64,000 nucleotides of DNA from Takakia lepidozioides. Lineage: Eukaryota > Plantae > Bryophyta. The notes beneath the pieces are model-generated. The model was not told where the DNA came from. It ran no database searches and worked only from the letters and a program-made list of their open reading frames with translations. Shown here one piece after another: positions 1 to 12,674 of the stretch (position 1 is its first letter; each line of letters starts with the position of its first letter). A program made the translations under genes and the position numbers. Location: NCBI GenBank assembly GCA_030704615.1, contig CM060733.1:70680001-70744000 (forward strand), written 5' to 3'.

Positions 1-438
1 GAATTGTGAAGTACTGCAGACTGTATTGGTGCAGACTCCATTGGTTCAATCGCGGCAAAAGGGTCAGCTTCATTCCAATGTTAAGGCATGTAAAACCGCG
101 GAATACTCTATACAGGCCAGTATGCGACGTCCTTTTGCAGTGGTATACTGGATTTCCCGTTGCACGGTCACTTATTTCCATGAGCGGATCTATAAAACCA
201 TGAGCGGACTTGTTACTGACGACATATCTTCGCCGCATTACATGATCTGGAACGTCCAAAAACGGCAAGGTCAAATAAAAAACTATTATTTTAATACTTG
301 TTTAATCTGCCGCATTTCCAAATTTGGAGGAGTCCGCTCATGAAATCCGCGTATCTTAGACTTCGGCTCACCGCTCATGCGGCTCATGCGGCTCATGGCT
401 CATGGCTCATGGTTTCTGCTCATGAAATAGTAAACCTC
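1..438. mobile_element. Terminal part of a second copy of the Mutator-like element found at 42322-56561, in inverted orientation; runs off the window
   Basis: 1-438 is a near-identical reverse complement of 42322-42759. It ends ...CATGAAATAGTAAACCTC, matching the GAGATTTACTATTTCATG terminus, and has GGCTCAT subterminal repeats. Confidence 0.9.
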
Positions 439-1355
439 GTGTGGGAAGTGCATTTACATCCTGGAATGCTAAGAAAGTCTCAGACACATTCTGTACATTT
501 GCATGCTTCCTTCATGGGTATGCTGAGCATGTGAATGCATAGAAATGCTGAAGATGTGGCGTCATAGTGAGGAGGTGCTTACAGATGGTGATTTTGCCAG
601 CGACGGCCGTTTCTGGGGAAGCGAGGGTGCAGGAGCTGGGTGGCGAAGAATATCTTCGCTAGAATCGCCAGTGTGCTCACCCGCAGGGACACACAACAAA
701 TCCTCCTCCTCGTCTTTGTCTACATATTGTCGTGCCTCGTCGGCCATTGTTTCTAGCCTTCCACTGCGTCTGGGTGGTCCCGTGGGTAGTGGAGGTCGAC
801 GGCAAGCATGCTTTGGTTTCGGAGCAAGAAGCCTGCAATCCTCGCCCCATGAAGAAATTAACCAATCCCGCTCTCTTCATGGTGCGCCATGATAGTGTGG
901 AGACAGGCGTCGCCTCACAACCATCATTCTGTGTACTTAGCAATGCAATCCCAACACTGGGAATGTAGAAAAAACTCGTAAACCCAAAAGACAAGGATGC
1001 GGGCAATTTCAGGCTAAACCGTAGACCTCTCACATTTTTAAAAAAAAACCCTAATGACAAGCCCCTGCAATGCGATGTCTGACAACCCCAAACTAAAGTA
1101 TTCGGGTCAGTTGAGCACTCCGGTTGAGGTGGAATGCTCTCCTGCGAGATTTAGGCCACAACACTAGGGTGAGCCGCCTCTCAGTATACTCACAGTGGGT
1201 GCGAACCAAACAACTCCACCTCAAACCTCTTTGTTGCGAGCAATGCAGGTCTCCCTTAGCTTCTCATACGCAGTCAGAGGACCGCACGGGGAGGGCGTGA
1301 CCATGGCAGTCTGACATCAGCTGCAAAGACCCTTGCACACCCCTGTGTAAGTACA

Positions 1356-3645
1356 ATGTATACAACGAGAGCGGGGTTTTGGCTAACAGCTCAACGACTC
1401 CGTGTGCGCAGGAAAGATGAGAAACTGTGGCGACTAGAGGAGGCGCATGCCATTGCACAAGGGCACCGCAAAATATTGTGCAACTGCAAAATATGCCATG
1501 GAGGGATCTCGCAGTTTCTACCAATGGCCAAAAAACACCTAACAAAGTATGGGAGGGACCCAAACCTTCGACAGTGTACAGTCCCGGTACACCTTGCACG
1601 ACGCACGCACTCTGACATGCTCGCAGCACGCCGCGCATGTCCGCATTTTGGACAGTCGTGGGAGTGACTGGAGTCCGAACTACGTGTCGTTCTTCCGTTG
1701 GATGTATTGGAGTCATGGAGTCGTAGTGATGGAGTCATGTAGTCGGTAGTGCGTCAGAGTAGTCATGTCCATGACTTCATGACCGTGGATCATGGACATT
1801 TCAACTACGTGGTGTTCTTCCATTGGTTGTACTGGAGTCATGTAGTCAGGGTCATGACTACATGGTCGTTGTTGACTGCCATGTGTGAAGGCAATATGCA
1901 TTTTGGGCTTTTGGCAGTTTGTTGCCATGTGTCATGCCTTCAACGCACTGCCCACTTGGGCATATTTGTTGAGAGCTTTCACTTTGTTGGTCTGTGCAGA
2001 TAGCTGTCTGTATGTGGGGATGTCTCCCTCTATCACAGAGGGTATGTTTGTTTTTGTTTTTCGATGAAAACTGTGTTCCTACTTTGCCGTATTATATGAG
2101 AGTAGTTTTCATTTGTGTTTGTGTCTGAGCTCCACAAGCTACTTCGAAATGAAGTCTGTGGCCGACCAATTTCGTCTCCTGATTCGCAAGTGCGGGGGAG
2201 ACTTGTAGCATTCACCTGTATTGAACTAGTGCAATTCTACAAAGTGTTTGCTTACATGACAGTGTTTAAATGAAATTTCATAATCTAGGAGTTTTGAAAA
2301 AAGCCTGTTCATCGTATCCAATTTATGATTTCATTTGCGTTCACAGGGCTACATTACATCCGACTCTGAAGTGGAGGCTGAATGTAGCCTAGAGAGTGTT
2401 GCAAACGACGTCAATTTGGATGGACAAGACGGCAATGGGCTACGGGGCCAAATTGCCCGTGCTGTGCAAGATGCATTTGAAATATCAGATACCCTCCGGG
2501 AGAATCCCACACCTGCCCCAAATGCCGTTCACTTGGACAATGATGAGGCTGTTGAGAATGGCGCAAATCCCTCTGAAATGCCTGATGGGGAAAATATGGG
2601 CGGAGAAGAAGCAGGCGCCGCCAAATGATCTTCACCATGGAAAACTCATGCGAGAGTCCCAAATCCCCTTATACGATGGGAGCGTTCACAACCGATTGAC
2701 TGCCACATTGATGTTGCTCAATTCTTGCGCCACTCACAGATGTACCAACGCATTTGTGGATGAGTTATTTTCATTGTTGAGGCTGGAGATTTTGCCCAAA
2801 CAAAACACCTTGCCGAAATCGCAGTATGAGGCCAAAAATATGATCGTCATGATGGGTCTAGGATACAAACAGATCCATGCCTGTGAGCGTGGATGTGTAT
2901 TGTTTCGTGGAGACCTCAAAAAGGCTGCTAATTGCCCCAAGTGCCATAGTCGTCGATACATGGACGGCCGTGGGAAGGTGCCCAAGAAGGTGTTGCGATA
3001 CTTTCCTCTCATACCTAGATTGAAACGGATGTTTCGAGTTAAGACGCTGGCAGAGCTCATGAAGTGGCACAACAATCATAGAAGTGCAGATGGCATGGTC
3101 CGGCATGCTGCAGACAGTAAGGCTTGGTGCCATATTGACAACACATGGCCGGATTTTGCTTCAGATCCAAGAAATCTGCGTCTTGGATTGGCACTGGATG
3201 GGGTCAATCCTTATGGCACCAAATCCACTTCTTGGTCCACCTAGCCCATCATGGTGCTCAATTATAATCTACCTCCATGGTTGGTAACGAATAAATTTTT
3301 TGTCATGTTAACACTCCTCATTCCTGGAAAGGAATCTGTGACAAGTGAAAATGTGGATGTTTACCTGCAACCACTAGTGGAGGAGCTAACGACATTGTGG
3401 GTGGGAGTTGCAGCCGTGGATGTGGCAGCCATTGAAGGAGAGCGGGCTTTTAACATGCGTGCAGTCCTCATGTGGTCCATACATGACTTCCCCGCCTATG
3501 GCTTGTTATCAGGTCAGGTTCACCAAGGGTACTGTGCTTGTCCAGCACGTGGACCTCAAGTCGATTCTAGATATTCCCCAGCTTGTAAGAAATTGATATT
3601 CCAGGGGCATCGACGCTATCTTCCCCACAATCATGCCTATAGAAG
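1356..3645 (+). pseudogene. CACTA transposase (TnpD-like), N-terminal half: transposase-associated Zn finger plus Transposase_21 domain
   Basis: Motifs CNCKIC..H, IHACERGCVLF, KVLRYFPLIPRLKR, DPRNLRLGLALDGVNP and WSIHDFPAYG. In-frame TAG at 3242 replaces Trp; frameshift near 2628. Confidence 0.88.
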
Positions 3646-4835
3646 ATCCATGGCTAAGAGGCCTGATACACTTGCAATATCATCATTGCAAATGCTCACA
3701 TCAGAAACAGCCCTGCGTGACCTGGGGTTTTTTTCCAGCACCACGTTCCATCTCGGTTCATTCACACACTCAGAGAAAAAAACTTGCTCGACCTGTGATG
3801 GGAGCACAAAAGGCTGTTCAAGTGGAGGCAACAAGTGGGAGAAATTCACCAATGTGAAGCCAGACTCGTCCTGCTTCATTGACACAGGCTGAGAGCCCAC
3901 ACGTTGTGCACGTACCCATGAACACAATAGCACCGTGGTGTTTGTGGAGCCATAATCCAATTCTAAAATCTCCTTTATGACACCCACATACCGTACGCTT
4001 TCCACCACCTGCTCACGGTCAATGCAAGTACTGTCATGCTGGAAAACAGTAGAGACCCCCGAGTCATATGTCACAAAGGGGCTGTTGAGTCCATCTGAAG
4101 TAACCCTAAAGTGGTTTCCATAAGCCGACATGCTCTTGTATGATGTTGCAATTACTGATGGGGGTTTGGACATGTCCCACAATTCCTTGCAGGCTGAATC
4201 AGTAGCATGGTTGGCAACACTTGACACATGCTGGCGGACTGCTTTTACCAGCCATTCTGCAAAGTGAGGGAGAGCACGGATCTTGTTCTGGTTAGTAGCA
4301 TTTTCAGTCTCCAACCTGCATTTCTCCACCTCATAGGACCTGCCAACACACGCACAACCACAGAAATTTATCTAGTGCAACCCCTGCAGCCGATGGAAGA
4401 ACTACTGCACACACACCTATACAAAGCATACCCATGCATAGCAGGTACCAGAACGTTTGCCACTTACCCCAACATAATGCTCAAACTGGGATGGTTGTGA
4501 ATGACGTAGTCGTGGACAAGCTGCAACAATTCGAGGGTCAACCTCCGTGGTCGACCAACTCCTTCCAATACCCAGCCCGACACTGATTCCTCCTCTCCTG
4601 CATCCCACACTCTCCGCCTAGTAGCATCAACAGAAGACAAGTACTCTGTACAAAATCCCAATGCCTCGTCAAACACGTAGCCCTCCGCCATACTGCCCTC
4701 AAGCTTCGCCAAGTTTCGCACATACCCTTTAAAATCCTTCATTGCTCTCTCCACCGGGTACATCCACCGAGAAGCTACAGGTCCACACAAATCCACCTCA
4801 TCCACCAAGTGGATAAGTAAATGTGTCATAACATC
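3637..4835 (-). pseudogene. CACTA transposase C-terminal half (DUF4218/DUF4216-like), inverted relative to the N-terminal half
   Basis: Motifs HLLIHLVDEVDLCGPVASRWMYPVER..GSMAEGY, YVGVIKEILELDY and EQPFVLPSQVEQVFF. Confidence 0.88.
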
Positions 4836-6482
4836 GTTGCCTTCCTCTATCTCAAGTATATGAAGGGTGGTATTGGGCAAAATTGAATATGTAATCCCGG
4901 TTGATTCATGAATAATGTGGGATTCATAAGACTGGCACTAAGGGTTGCCCTTGGGGGTGTCCTTTTTGCAAGGTGTTGGAGGTGTCCAACTTACATGGCA
5001 TGTCTGTCTGGCAACGTGTCATGACATTTATGTCACTATAGACTTTGGAACGGCATGCAAATTTACACATCAGTTCTGCCTTTGGGTACATTGTTGACAA
5101 AGTGCATGTGCCTTCCAGTTTACATTACATAATTGCCCCAGTGATTTTGTGGGTCTTATATTGGGCAGGCTCGTGTTTATGGACCATTGAATACCAATGG
5201 AGTGCTTTTAAGCTTGGTCCCTACTTATCATATTTTCATTTTTCCCCAAAAGAATCTGGCAATCCGCATAGATGATGCTCTGGCTGGTTGAATGGGTTAT
5301 TTGCGTAGATGCATTTTATGGGCAGTTTCTCTCATGCCCCAGCTATCACCATGTGACTCACTTGTATAGTCCCCCATCTGTGAATGGCTCAAGCAGGGTG
5401 CAGTACATTCAACACTACAATGTTGCTGCCCTGCAGGTGTTCCATGCCTTGCACCACATCATTATTCCCCGATGTCATCCTGCTGCTGTTCTAGCTTGGG
5501 GCAGGTCATTGGGGATATGTACATTAGAGAGAACAACATGAGCTGTTATCTCAGTTGTTTTATCATACAAGAAGCTGAATTCATGGGCTCTCCCATTCTT
5601 AGAAAACCCCCCATGGCAAAGTGGGTGGATCGGAACAGACCGTATTGCCAAGCTTCTATTCCAGTAGCACACGGCGTGGAGCTCCGGGATGGCCTACTAC
5701 AGGGACAACATGCACAAGGCGATATGTTAGAGTGTATTGGATTTCATATTTTGTTGGTGTTCTTGGTCACTGCCCAAAGACTTTTGTTGAGCCCATGTTT
5801 TGCATCACTCTCATGAGTGAATTTTTTGATTTGCATGAATTTATCTATCCCCTGAATGCATCATTTGTTCGTCTGTCATTCCGCAGTATGAGGCTTGCTT
5901 TTGATGTTGTCGGCGATCAACAAACACTAAAATGCACGCCGCCATTTGAACGTAACGTCACAAACAGATGCGGTTCCAGATCGCCTCTCTAGCATGTTGG
6001 CTTCACGTTCCATTCTTCTCCACAGAGCGCCAACGGCCTACTAAGCTGCTTCGTGTGCAACCGTTCCCTTCACTTGCATCCCCCGCACCACAATATCAAA
6101 GCCACTTAACCAATCATATGTAGACACCTCATAAGTTGTTCCATGTCACAGACTCTCCATGTCATGACGACATGTGATGATTTGGCAGAATACATTAGAG
6201 TGGCAGTCATGAAGTCATATGTCCGTCTAGCAATATGCACACGTCATTCACATATGGGCATGACCCTGACTGGTAGTCATATCCACCATGGCAATATTCC
6301 TGGTCAAAGGGTGTTTGACCTGTGTTGCGCAAAGTTCGGAGTCATACAGTCGCATAACCGGCTTCGTCGTGATCTATGTTATGACTTCAAAAGGCATTTA
6401 CGATTGCAAATGGCATTTCTGCCACAAATTGGTCGTGACTGCGCACCCATGGGAGTCATAAAAGCCGCAATCTGTTGTAGTG

Positions 6483-7320
6483 ACGATTACAGAGTAATCG
6501 TCAATGGCTGTGGAACACCCATGTTCTGCAAATCAATATCCCTGTTACTGCTTAAGTCCTTGGACTGATCATAATCAGTATTCGATAATTAGTCAATGAT
6601 ACCAGGAACTTAGGCGAAGCCGTATTGCTACAGGTGTGACTAAGTTCTGGTCAAGTACACAACAAGACAATATACTATGTGCAATGGCATATAAGATCTA
6701 TTCCAAAGATGATACACATTCTCACCATCTCACATTCTCTCATAATACACATTCTCTCCATCTCACAATCACTCTACACATAAGCACTTAGAGAAGCAGT
6801 GCTTTACTTCAGAGTCACCACGTCATAACATAAGTACATATTGGATCACTTAGATCACACCCTGATACATTGATACTTCCTAAGTTGCGTGCAGTCCTTT
6901 TATACTATGCTCGAAAGAGCCATTTACAGCATGCGGTCGTTAATGACCGTTGCCTAACTGCCTACGCAACCTAAAAGGTTTGCTAAAAAAGTGGCCCGTG
7001 GTAGTGGCTCGCACGATCGTGGTCGTGGCTCATGGTCATGTGCCTTAGTGGTACACGGCCCACGGTCCCTCACTACTCCTCCTACTAGTAAAGCCTATGC
7101 TATTGTGGCTGTGTGATGTCGTGGTTCACGGCCCGCGGCTGCTACACTATCGACTACTGCTCCACGTGGTAGTGTGGCCCGTCCTCAGATGCTGCTAAGT
7201 GCTGAGCACTTAGCCATTTCTGCCTCGTGGCCGGGTAGTGTGAAGTGAATCAGTACCCGCCTAATCCCGTCGTGGCTCAAGCTGCCATGCCCTCGTGGTT
7301 CTGGCACTTAGCCATGATCA
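6483..7320 (-). repeat. 3' LTR of the gypsy element (cut by CACTA B)
   Basis: Similar to 36339-36690. Starts TGATCA on the minus strand immediately after the polypurine tract GGAGGGGGAAGATAAA (7321-7337). Confidence 0.8.
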
Positions 7321-7420
7321 TTTATCTTCCCCCCTCCTTTGAAATTGTGTCCGCACAATTTCCTCAGTGTCTGTATTTGCCCTGTCTTTTCTGGGGGATG
7401 TAAGGTGGTGGCATGCCTTG

Positions 7421-8950
7421 CTATTGGTTTGTCTGCTGGATTGCTTCCCATGTTGGTGATTGATTTGATGGCAACTTCTTGTTCCTGTTGTCGTCGCTGT
7501 CTAGTGCTTCCTTTGGTTCCTGTATGGGCCAACTTTCGTCGTCCGGATGTTCTGACCTCTTGTCCTTGCGTATAGTGTCGATCTTGGTGGTCAGGATCTT
7601 GCGGTATGTGAGCAGTTCCTCCTTTGTCCAGGGTATAATGTATTTGGTCGCCCTGCTGCCCATTAACCAGTTAACCGCTTGTGTCCCTGTCTCCTTGAAG
7701 GGGTGGTCCCTATCCAGTACCAATGGTGAGAAGTGCTCTTTCACCTAGCGCCATGCTTCCGGAAAGAGTGGTCTGTCTACATATGCTGAAGTGCCCGAGA
7801 CTCTCTCTAGTGGTTGGAATTTGGGCAATTCCCAGTGGCTATCCTTGTCAATGCTTTCGTATCACTGCCAACTTGCCGGCATTGTCGTGAACATCCTGTA
7901 CAGGTAGCCTATGTAAAAGCTTGGGCAGCCCATTACCACATCAACTGCTAGGGTGGGGTTGATCTTCAACTGCCCCACTGCCCACATTTAGGCCACCAAC
8001 TCCTTGTACTCCAAGGGAGCTTGGCGCCAGAATTCTATCAATTCTGCCCCTGTCTAGATGTCATCTTTGCCTAGTGGCCGCATTCTGTACCTCAAGGGTA
8101 TGAGCGTCTGATTGAGCATATGCAGTTGGCCTAATGATCTGCAGGGGGTTAAGTCTTTGAATACCTTGTCCAACATAGAGAGAGAGAGAGAAAAGACTCC
8201 GGCCGGAGCGGCGTAACTAAGAGCCACTTCGCCTTGCGGCTACTGCCCCCTTTCAGGGGTGGGCCCTATTGTCCAACATATCTGGGATCTGCTAGGCCGG
8301 AATGCTCATCATCCTAAAGTATTCCTCTGAATACTTGACCCATTCCCCATCCCTCTTGCATGGCATGATTTGAAAATCATCCGCTGCAACTGAAGCTGAT
8401 GCCACTAGAATGCTTGGTAAAGGCACAGGGGTTACCTCTTGGTTGGATGGCCCTGCTATGGCCTGTACCCGTGCTTCTTCACTCTGTGGTGGTTGTGTTG
8501 CTGGTGGTGTTTGTGCTGGCGTTGTTGTCGTTGATTGTATTGGTGCTTCTTGTTCATGGTCTTGCTCCTCTTGTTCGTCCTCGTCCATGAGCTCTTCTTG
8601 TTTTGGAATTGGTGGCAGGTATTCCTCGTGAATGTTTGTCAACAATTTTGCCAATTGACATTTCATTTGCTGTACCATTGATCTATTGAGTTTCTTCATC
8701 TCGAGATGATCTTCCAAGGCCGCAATTGTAGCCTCATGGTTACATACGGTTCGTGCTGCTGCCAATTCCCTCCGATGCTTTTCTTTGAGGTGGTCCATGA
8801 TCATGGTAAGGTTCTCCGAGCTTATGTAATCCTTGGCTCTATTCATGTAGGTTGTCACCTAATCCAAGGCTTGTACTGCTTGGAGAATTGCATTCCCTGG
8901 CGTTTCCTCCAAACTCGTGTCCCAGGTTGTTGTATCCAGGACCTGTTGTG
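7421..8950 (-). pseudogene. Degenerate extra 3' ORF(s) of the gypsy element, coiled-coil/low-complexity, function unknown
   Basis: Fragmented ORFs 8292-8858 and 7421-7744 lie between the integrase and the PPT. Confidence 0.45.
8178..8268 (-). mobile_element. Short (TC)n-tailed retroposon (SINE or 5'-truncated LINE)
   Basis: Flanked by the 12-bp TSD TTGTCCAACATA (8166-8177, 8269-8280); (GA)n tail; homologous to 31545-31618. Confidence 0.85.
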
Positions 8951-9434
8951 AAAGTAATAATTCCAAGTTGGAATTATTGTCTTGTTGGGTGAAATGTTGC
9001 TGGCACTATATCGCCTGTACCGCTGGTTGTAGCTGTGCGGCTATGGCTTGCACCTCCCTTGCTTGCTATGCGATCTATGCAGGTGATGTCTGCTGAACCT
9101 CCGTGTTGGCAGGTGTTGTTTCCATCGGGGCTGCTTCATTGGCCTGCTCCTCGTTTCATTCACCTTGCAGTATAGCATTCTCCTACTATTGACTCTCTCC
9201 TTCTCTTTACAGTGTAGAATTTGCTATGGAGTTGAACAATTCTTCCGCCATTGTGCTCGTCGTACCTTCGTCTATTTGGGCCCTCTTTGCAAGTCTGCCC
9301 TCTTCCTGCAATGGCTGTTCTTCTTCCTCCTGCCCTGCGGCTGTCTCACTTCCATCCTCCAATGTTTCTGCTCATTGCATGATTCCCAAAGCATTCTGTT
9401 CTTCTGGTGTCAAGTGCACCGTATGTTGGATCAT

Positions 9435-10121
9435 TTACAGAAGTAGGGGAGTCACCATGGTTACCGTTGACTCGTTCTTCTTCTTCGTCAGTCGAGTCAA
9501 TTCTTGGATCAGCTTCTTCAATAAGAAGCCTGCCCAATTCACGAGTTGCCCATTGAGGCAAATCAACATCTGCTCTATCAGTTCTTTGGTGCAATAGCTG
9601 TGGTTTTGCCTAAGGCAAAGCAACGTGCTAAGCACTGGGCCTATCTTCCTAAAACCCGGGTCTTTGCTGCGATTGCATGTGTAGCCCTGATCGGCTTGGT
9701 TGAGATTCTCGAACAGGTCCGTAATTACAAACCTTGGTGGTTTGTTGCCGTGTGCTGGGACATCCTGACTGGGAAGATGAAACACCTCCACCAAATATTT
9801 CTCAGTCAGTAGCATTCGTGTGTCGCGGACGTTCGTATATCGAGCGCTAGTGTTGTAGTTCTCCAAGAACTCCCTGCAAAGATCATCGTGTTTGAGGTTC
9901 CAATCCAGAGTGTTGATGAAGTATCGCAAGCCAAGACTGTCCAACGTCTCCTGCGTTTCCGCGTCTTGCTCAATCTTCCTCAACGCCGGGCTGATTTTGA
10001 AACTCACCTGCGCATAAGGACCTGGTGTCTTCCGCTTATTGCCTGCCATTTCCCTTACTTTTGCTGTTGCTGTAAGGAATTGGAGAACCAATTCCTGTAT
10101 CAAGAGCAGTATGAAGCACAC
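9435..10121 (-). CDS. Gypsy accessory ORF (plant transposon-type protein)
   Basis: LGLRYF..WNLKHDDLCREFLENY..LTEKYLVEVFHLP..VNWAGFLL; visibly homologous to the ORF at 30259-31174. Confidence 0.6.
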   Translation of the reverse strand: MCFILLLIQELVLQFLTATAKVREMAGNKRKTPGPYAQVSFKISPALRKIEQDAETQETLDSLGLRYFINTLDWNLKHDDLCREFLENYNTSARYTNVRDTRMLLTEKYLVEVFHLPSQDVPAHGNKPPRFVITDLFENLNQADQGYTCNRSKDPGFRKIGPVLSTLLCLRQNHSYCTKELIEQMLICLNGQLVNWAGFLLKKLIQELTRLTKKKNESTVTMVTPLLL

Positions 10122-10672
10122 TGGAATGTGCGTAGACAGTGATTTGGGGGGTGGGGAGCCCTTCTAGGTTTACGTAGGGGTTCTACCTTTTGGGCTTCCA
10201 CTCTTGCTTCTCTCGAGGTTCTCATGGAGGTAATTTTGTCGTGCTGGAAGACCAACGAAGGGGGAAAAAAAATAAAAAAATGCTAGTGTGTGCCCTCTCT
10301 ACTAGCAAATACCACACCAGCGCAGTTAGCTTTAATTGATGGGCCCGCACTTACCAAGAAACACTTGGCTTCCGGTAACAGTTTTGGATGTATCTCATCC
10401 TTCTTATGGATGTGCTTGATTTTCTTTCGTCGGTGTTTTCTTCATGGTTCATCCTGGATTTGGATGATAGTTGTTGATGATTACCCTAGTTCGTTTGTTT
10501 TGCATTCATCCATCCTGGATGAACTAGGGCTTGGAAAATGGTCTGTTTTTAGATGTGCGGCGTGTGCGCAGTACTTACAAATCGGTCTAATGGCCTTGCC
10601 CTTATCTTCTGCCGTCTTTTGGCAATCCGTTGGATTGCGCCATTGTTCTTGTTCCATGTTATGATCGATAGG

Positions 10673-11775
10673 TCATGGTACGCTATTGCCACGGTCGGTT
10701 GGCCCATCTGGTTCGTACATCTCAGACTTCAATAAGATGAGTGACTCGTTGGCTGCTTCGTATTCGTTCACAGTTCTGTAGGGCATGTGTGATGGCCATG
10801 GCTCTCCATACGGTATACGTGGTGGTAGTGCCGACATCCAAACTCGTGGTGGTCGAACCGTGGCTGTGCCCTGAACTCGTATTGCCACCTGTTTCATTAC
10901 TTGCTGATCCACCGTGGTATCATGATGGATGTAGTAAGCGCTGGAGGTTTCACGTTCTTCATCTGCGGTTTGGTCTTCTTTGTTGGCGTATGAATCATGG
11001 GTGAGGGCTCTGTCATGTATCCCTTTATAGCCCTTTAACTTGTTGACATTCATTCGTCCCACGAACTCTTGTTCCAGAGTCTGTAAATCAACAGTTCCAT
11101 TGTCATGTACTTTTTGATTTGAAAAGGTCCCATCCATGGCATCCATGGCATGCCATCCATTTTCAATTTACCTCCCAGTTTAATCTTTTTTATTTTTGGA
11201 AGCCACAAAACGATTTCTCCATCGTGGAAAGATTTTACTTTCCCTTCTGATATTCTCTTCTTTCATTGCTCTTGAATTTGTGCCATGTTATCTGCAGCAT
11301 CTGTTCGGACTTCTTCCGGATGGAACAATTCATGTTCCCTGACTCGTAAGGACTCCTCCAGACCCCATCATTCATGAGTCTTGGTTCATAGCACGTGGGC
11401 ATCATTCAATGGGCAATAGTGCCTCTGCTCCGTACACCAGTTAGAATGGTGTATGTTTCGTGGTCACCTTGTATGAAGTTCTGAATGCCCATAGTGATGT
11501 GTTCATCTTGGTATCCCAATCTGTTCTATCTTAGTCAAGATAGTGCACAAGATCTTGTTGGTAGATTCTGCTTGGCCATTCCCTTGAGGATAATAAGCAG
11601 TACTCTTGTGACGTACGATCATGAATTCTTGTCAAGCATTTTATGGCATCATTCATAAATGTGATCCTTGATCAGTGACAAATTCCAGTGGACAACCAAA
11701 TCGTGTGATGATGTTCTCGTATAAGAATTTGGCTGTTGACTTGGCAGTGTTGTCTCTTAGTGCCTTGGTTTCTAC
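10673..11775 (-). pseudogene. Gypsy integrase, C-terminal part (core plus GPY/F region)
   Basis: VETKALRDNTAKSTAKFLYENIITRFGCPLEFVTDQGSH; downstream DNGTVDL..MNVNKLKGY; several frameshifts. Confidence 0.9.
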
Positions 11776-12674
11776 CACTATAGCAAATGGGGGGGGGTTT
11801 GCGACGCCAGCCGCGCCCCCACGCCCCGCGCGGCGTCGAGCGTGCGACGCCAACCCCGCGGAGCGTGTTTGCGAAGTCGGGCCGTCGCAGCCAAACCCCG
11901 GGGGAGTGAAACTTGGCGCCGGGGCCAGGCGGCGACGCCTGGCCGTCGCATAGAATGATGAAGGGAAAATGGCAGCCCTTCTGTGCGACGCCCACGTGTC
12001 GCCCCCAGCGAAGGGTAGAAGGCATCCCTTTCTGGCGACAACCGGTCGTCGCACGCCGGAAAAAAAACAAAAAAAAAACCATTTCTTGCCTTTTCTTTCA
12101 TTGCAGCCCTTTCTTGCGACGCTCGGCCGTCGCATGGTGGCATGAAGGGCAAAAGGCCCCTGTGACAGCCGGGCGTCGCAAACTGCCCGACTGCCCTATT
12201 CTTTCAAAACAAAAAAACATGTCACAGTTTGGGACGGCTGGCTGTCGCCGTTTGCGACCCCCGGCCTCATAAATCCAAGAAATCATGTCGCAGTTTGCAA
12301 CGCGTGGGGGTTGCAGGCGGCGACGACAGGGCTTTCTAGGTTTAGGGTCAGGGCCTTTGGGGGTTCTTAGTTTTTTTTTTTTTTTTTTTCATATGGTACT
12401 GGGGTAGGGTGTTTGTTTTTCTTTATGGTTTAGCTTGTTGTTGTGGACCTTCTTGTAGATTGTGACATTCATTTTGATAATTCTCTTGATACCACATCTG
12501 TATGTGTTGCTCCAACATATTCATTGCCTCTACCTTCTTTCTTGAAAGACTACCAGCCACAGCCATATTTCATGAATCATAGAAATAAAGTACAATATGC
12601 ATGTACATGTACAATCAATCGAAGGGATGGGTCCAGTTCGGTGCGAGAATTGTTATGTAGCTTTGATTTTGTGT

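Larger units (their letters stand above)
439..6482. mobile_element. CACTA (En/Spm) element B; right terminus at 6482, left end outside the window
   Basis: Ends ...ATCTGTTGTAGTG (reverse complement CACTACAACAG) exactly where gypsy LTR sequence resumes (ACGATTACAGAG, cf. 36339). GTCAT/ATGAC subterminal repeats at about 6100-6470; internal CACTA transposase. Confidence 0.8.

Noticed and set aside
5040-5990. Possible TnpA-like remnant in CACTA B
   Set aside because: Too degenerate to assign a frame or domain with confidence.
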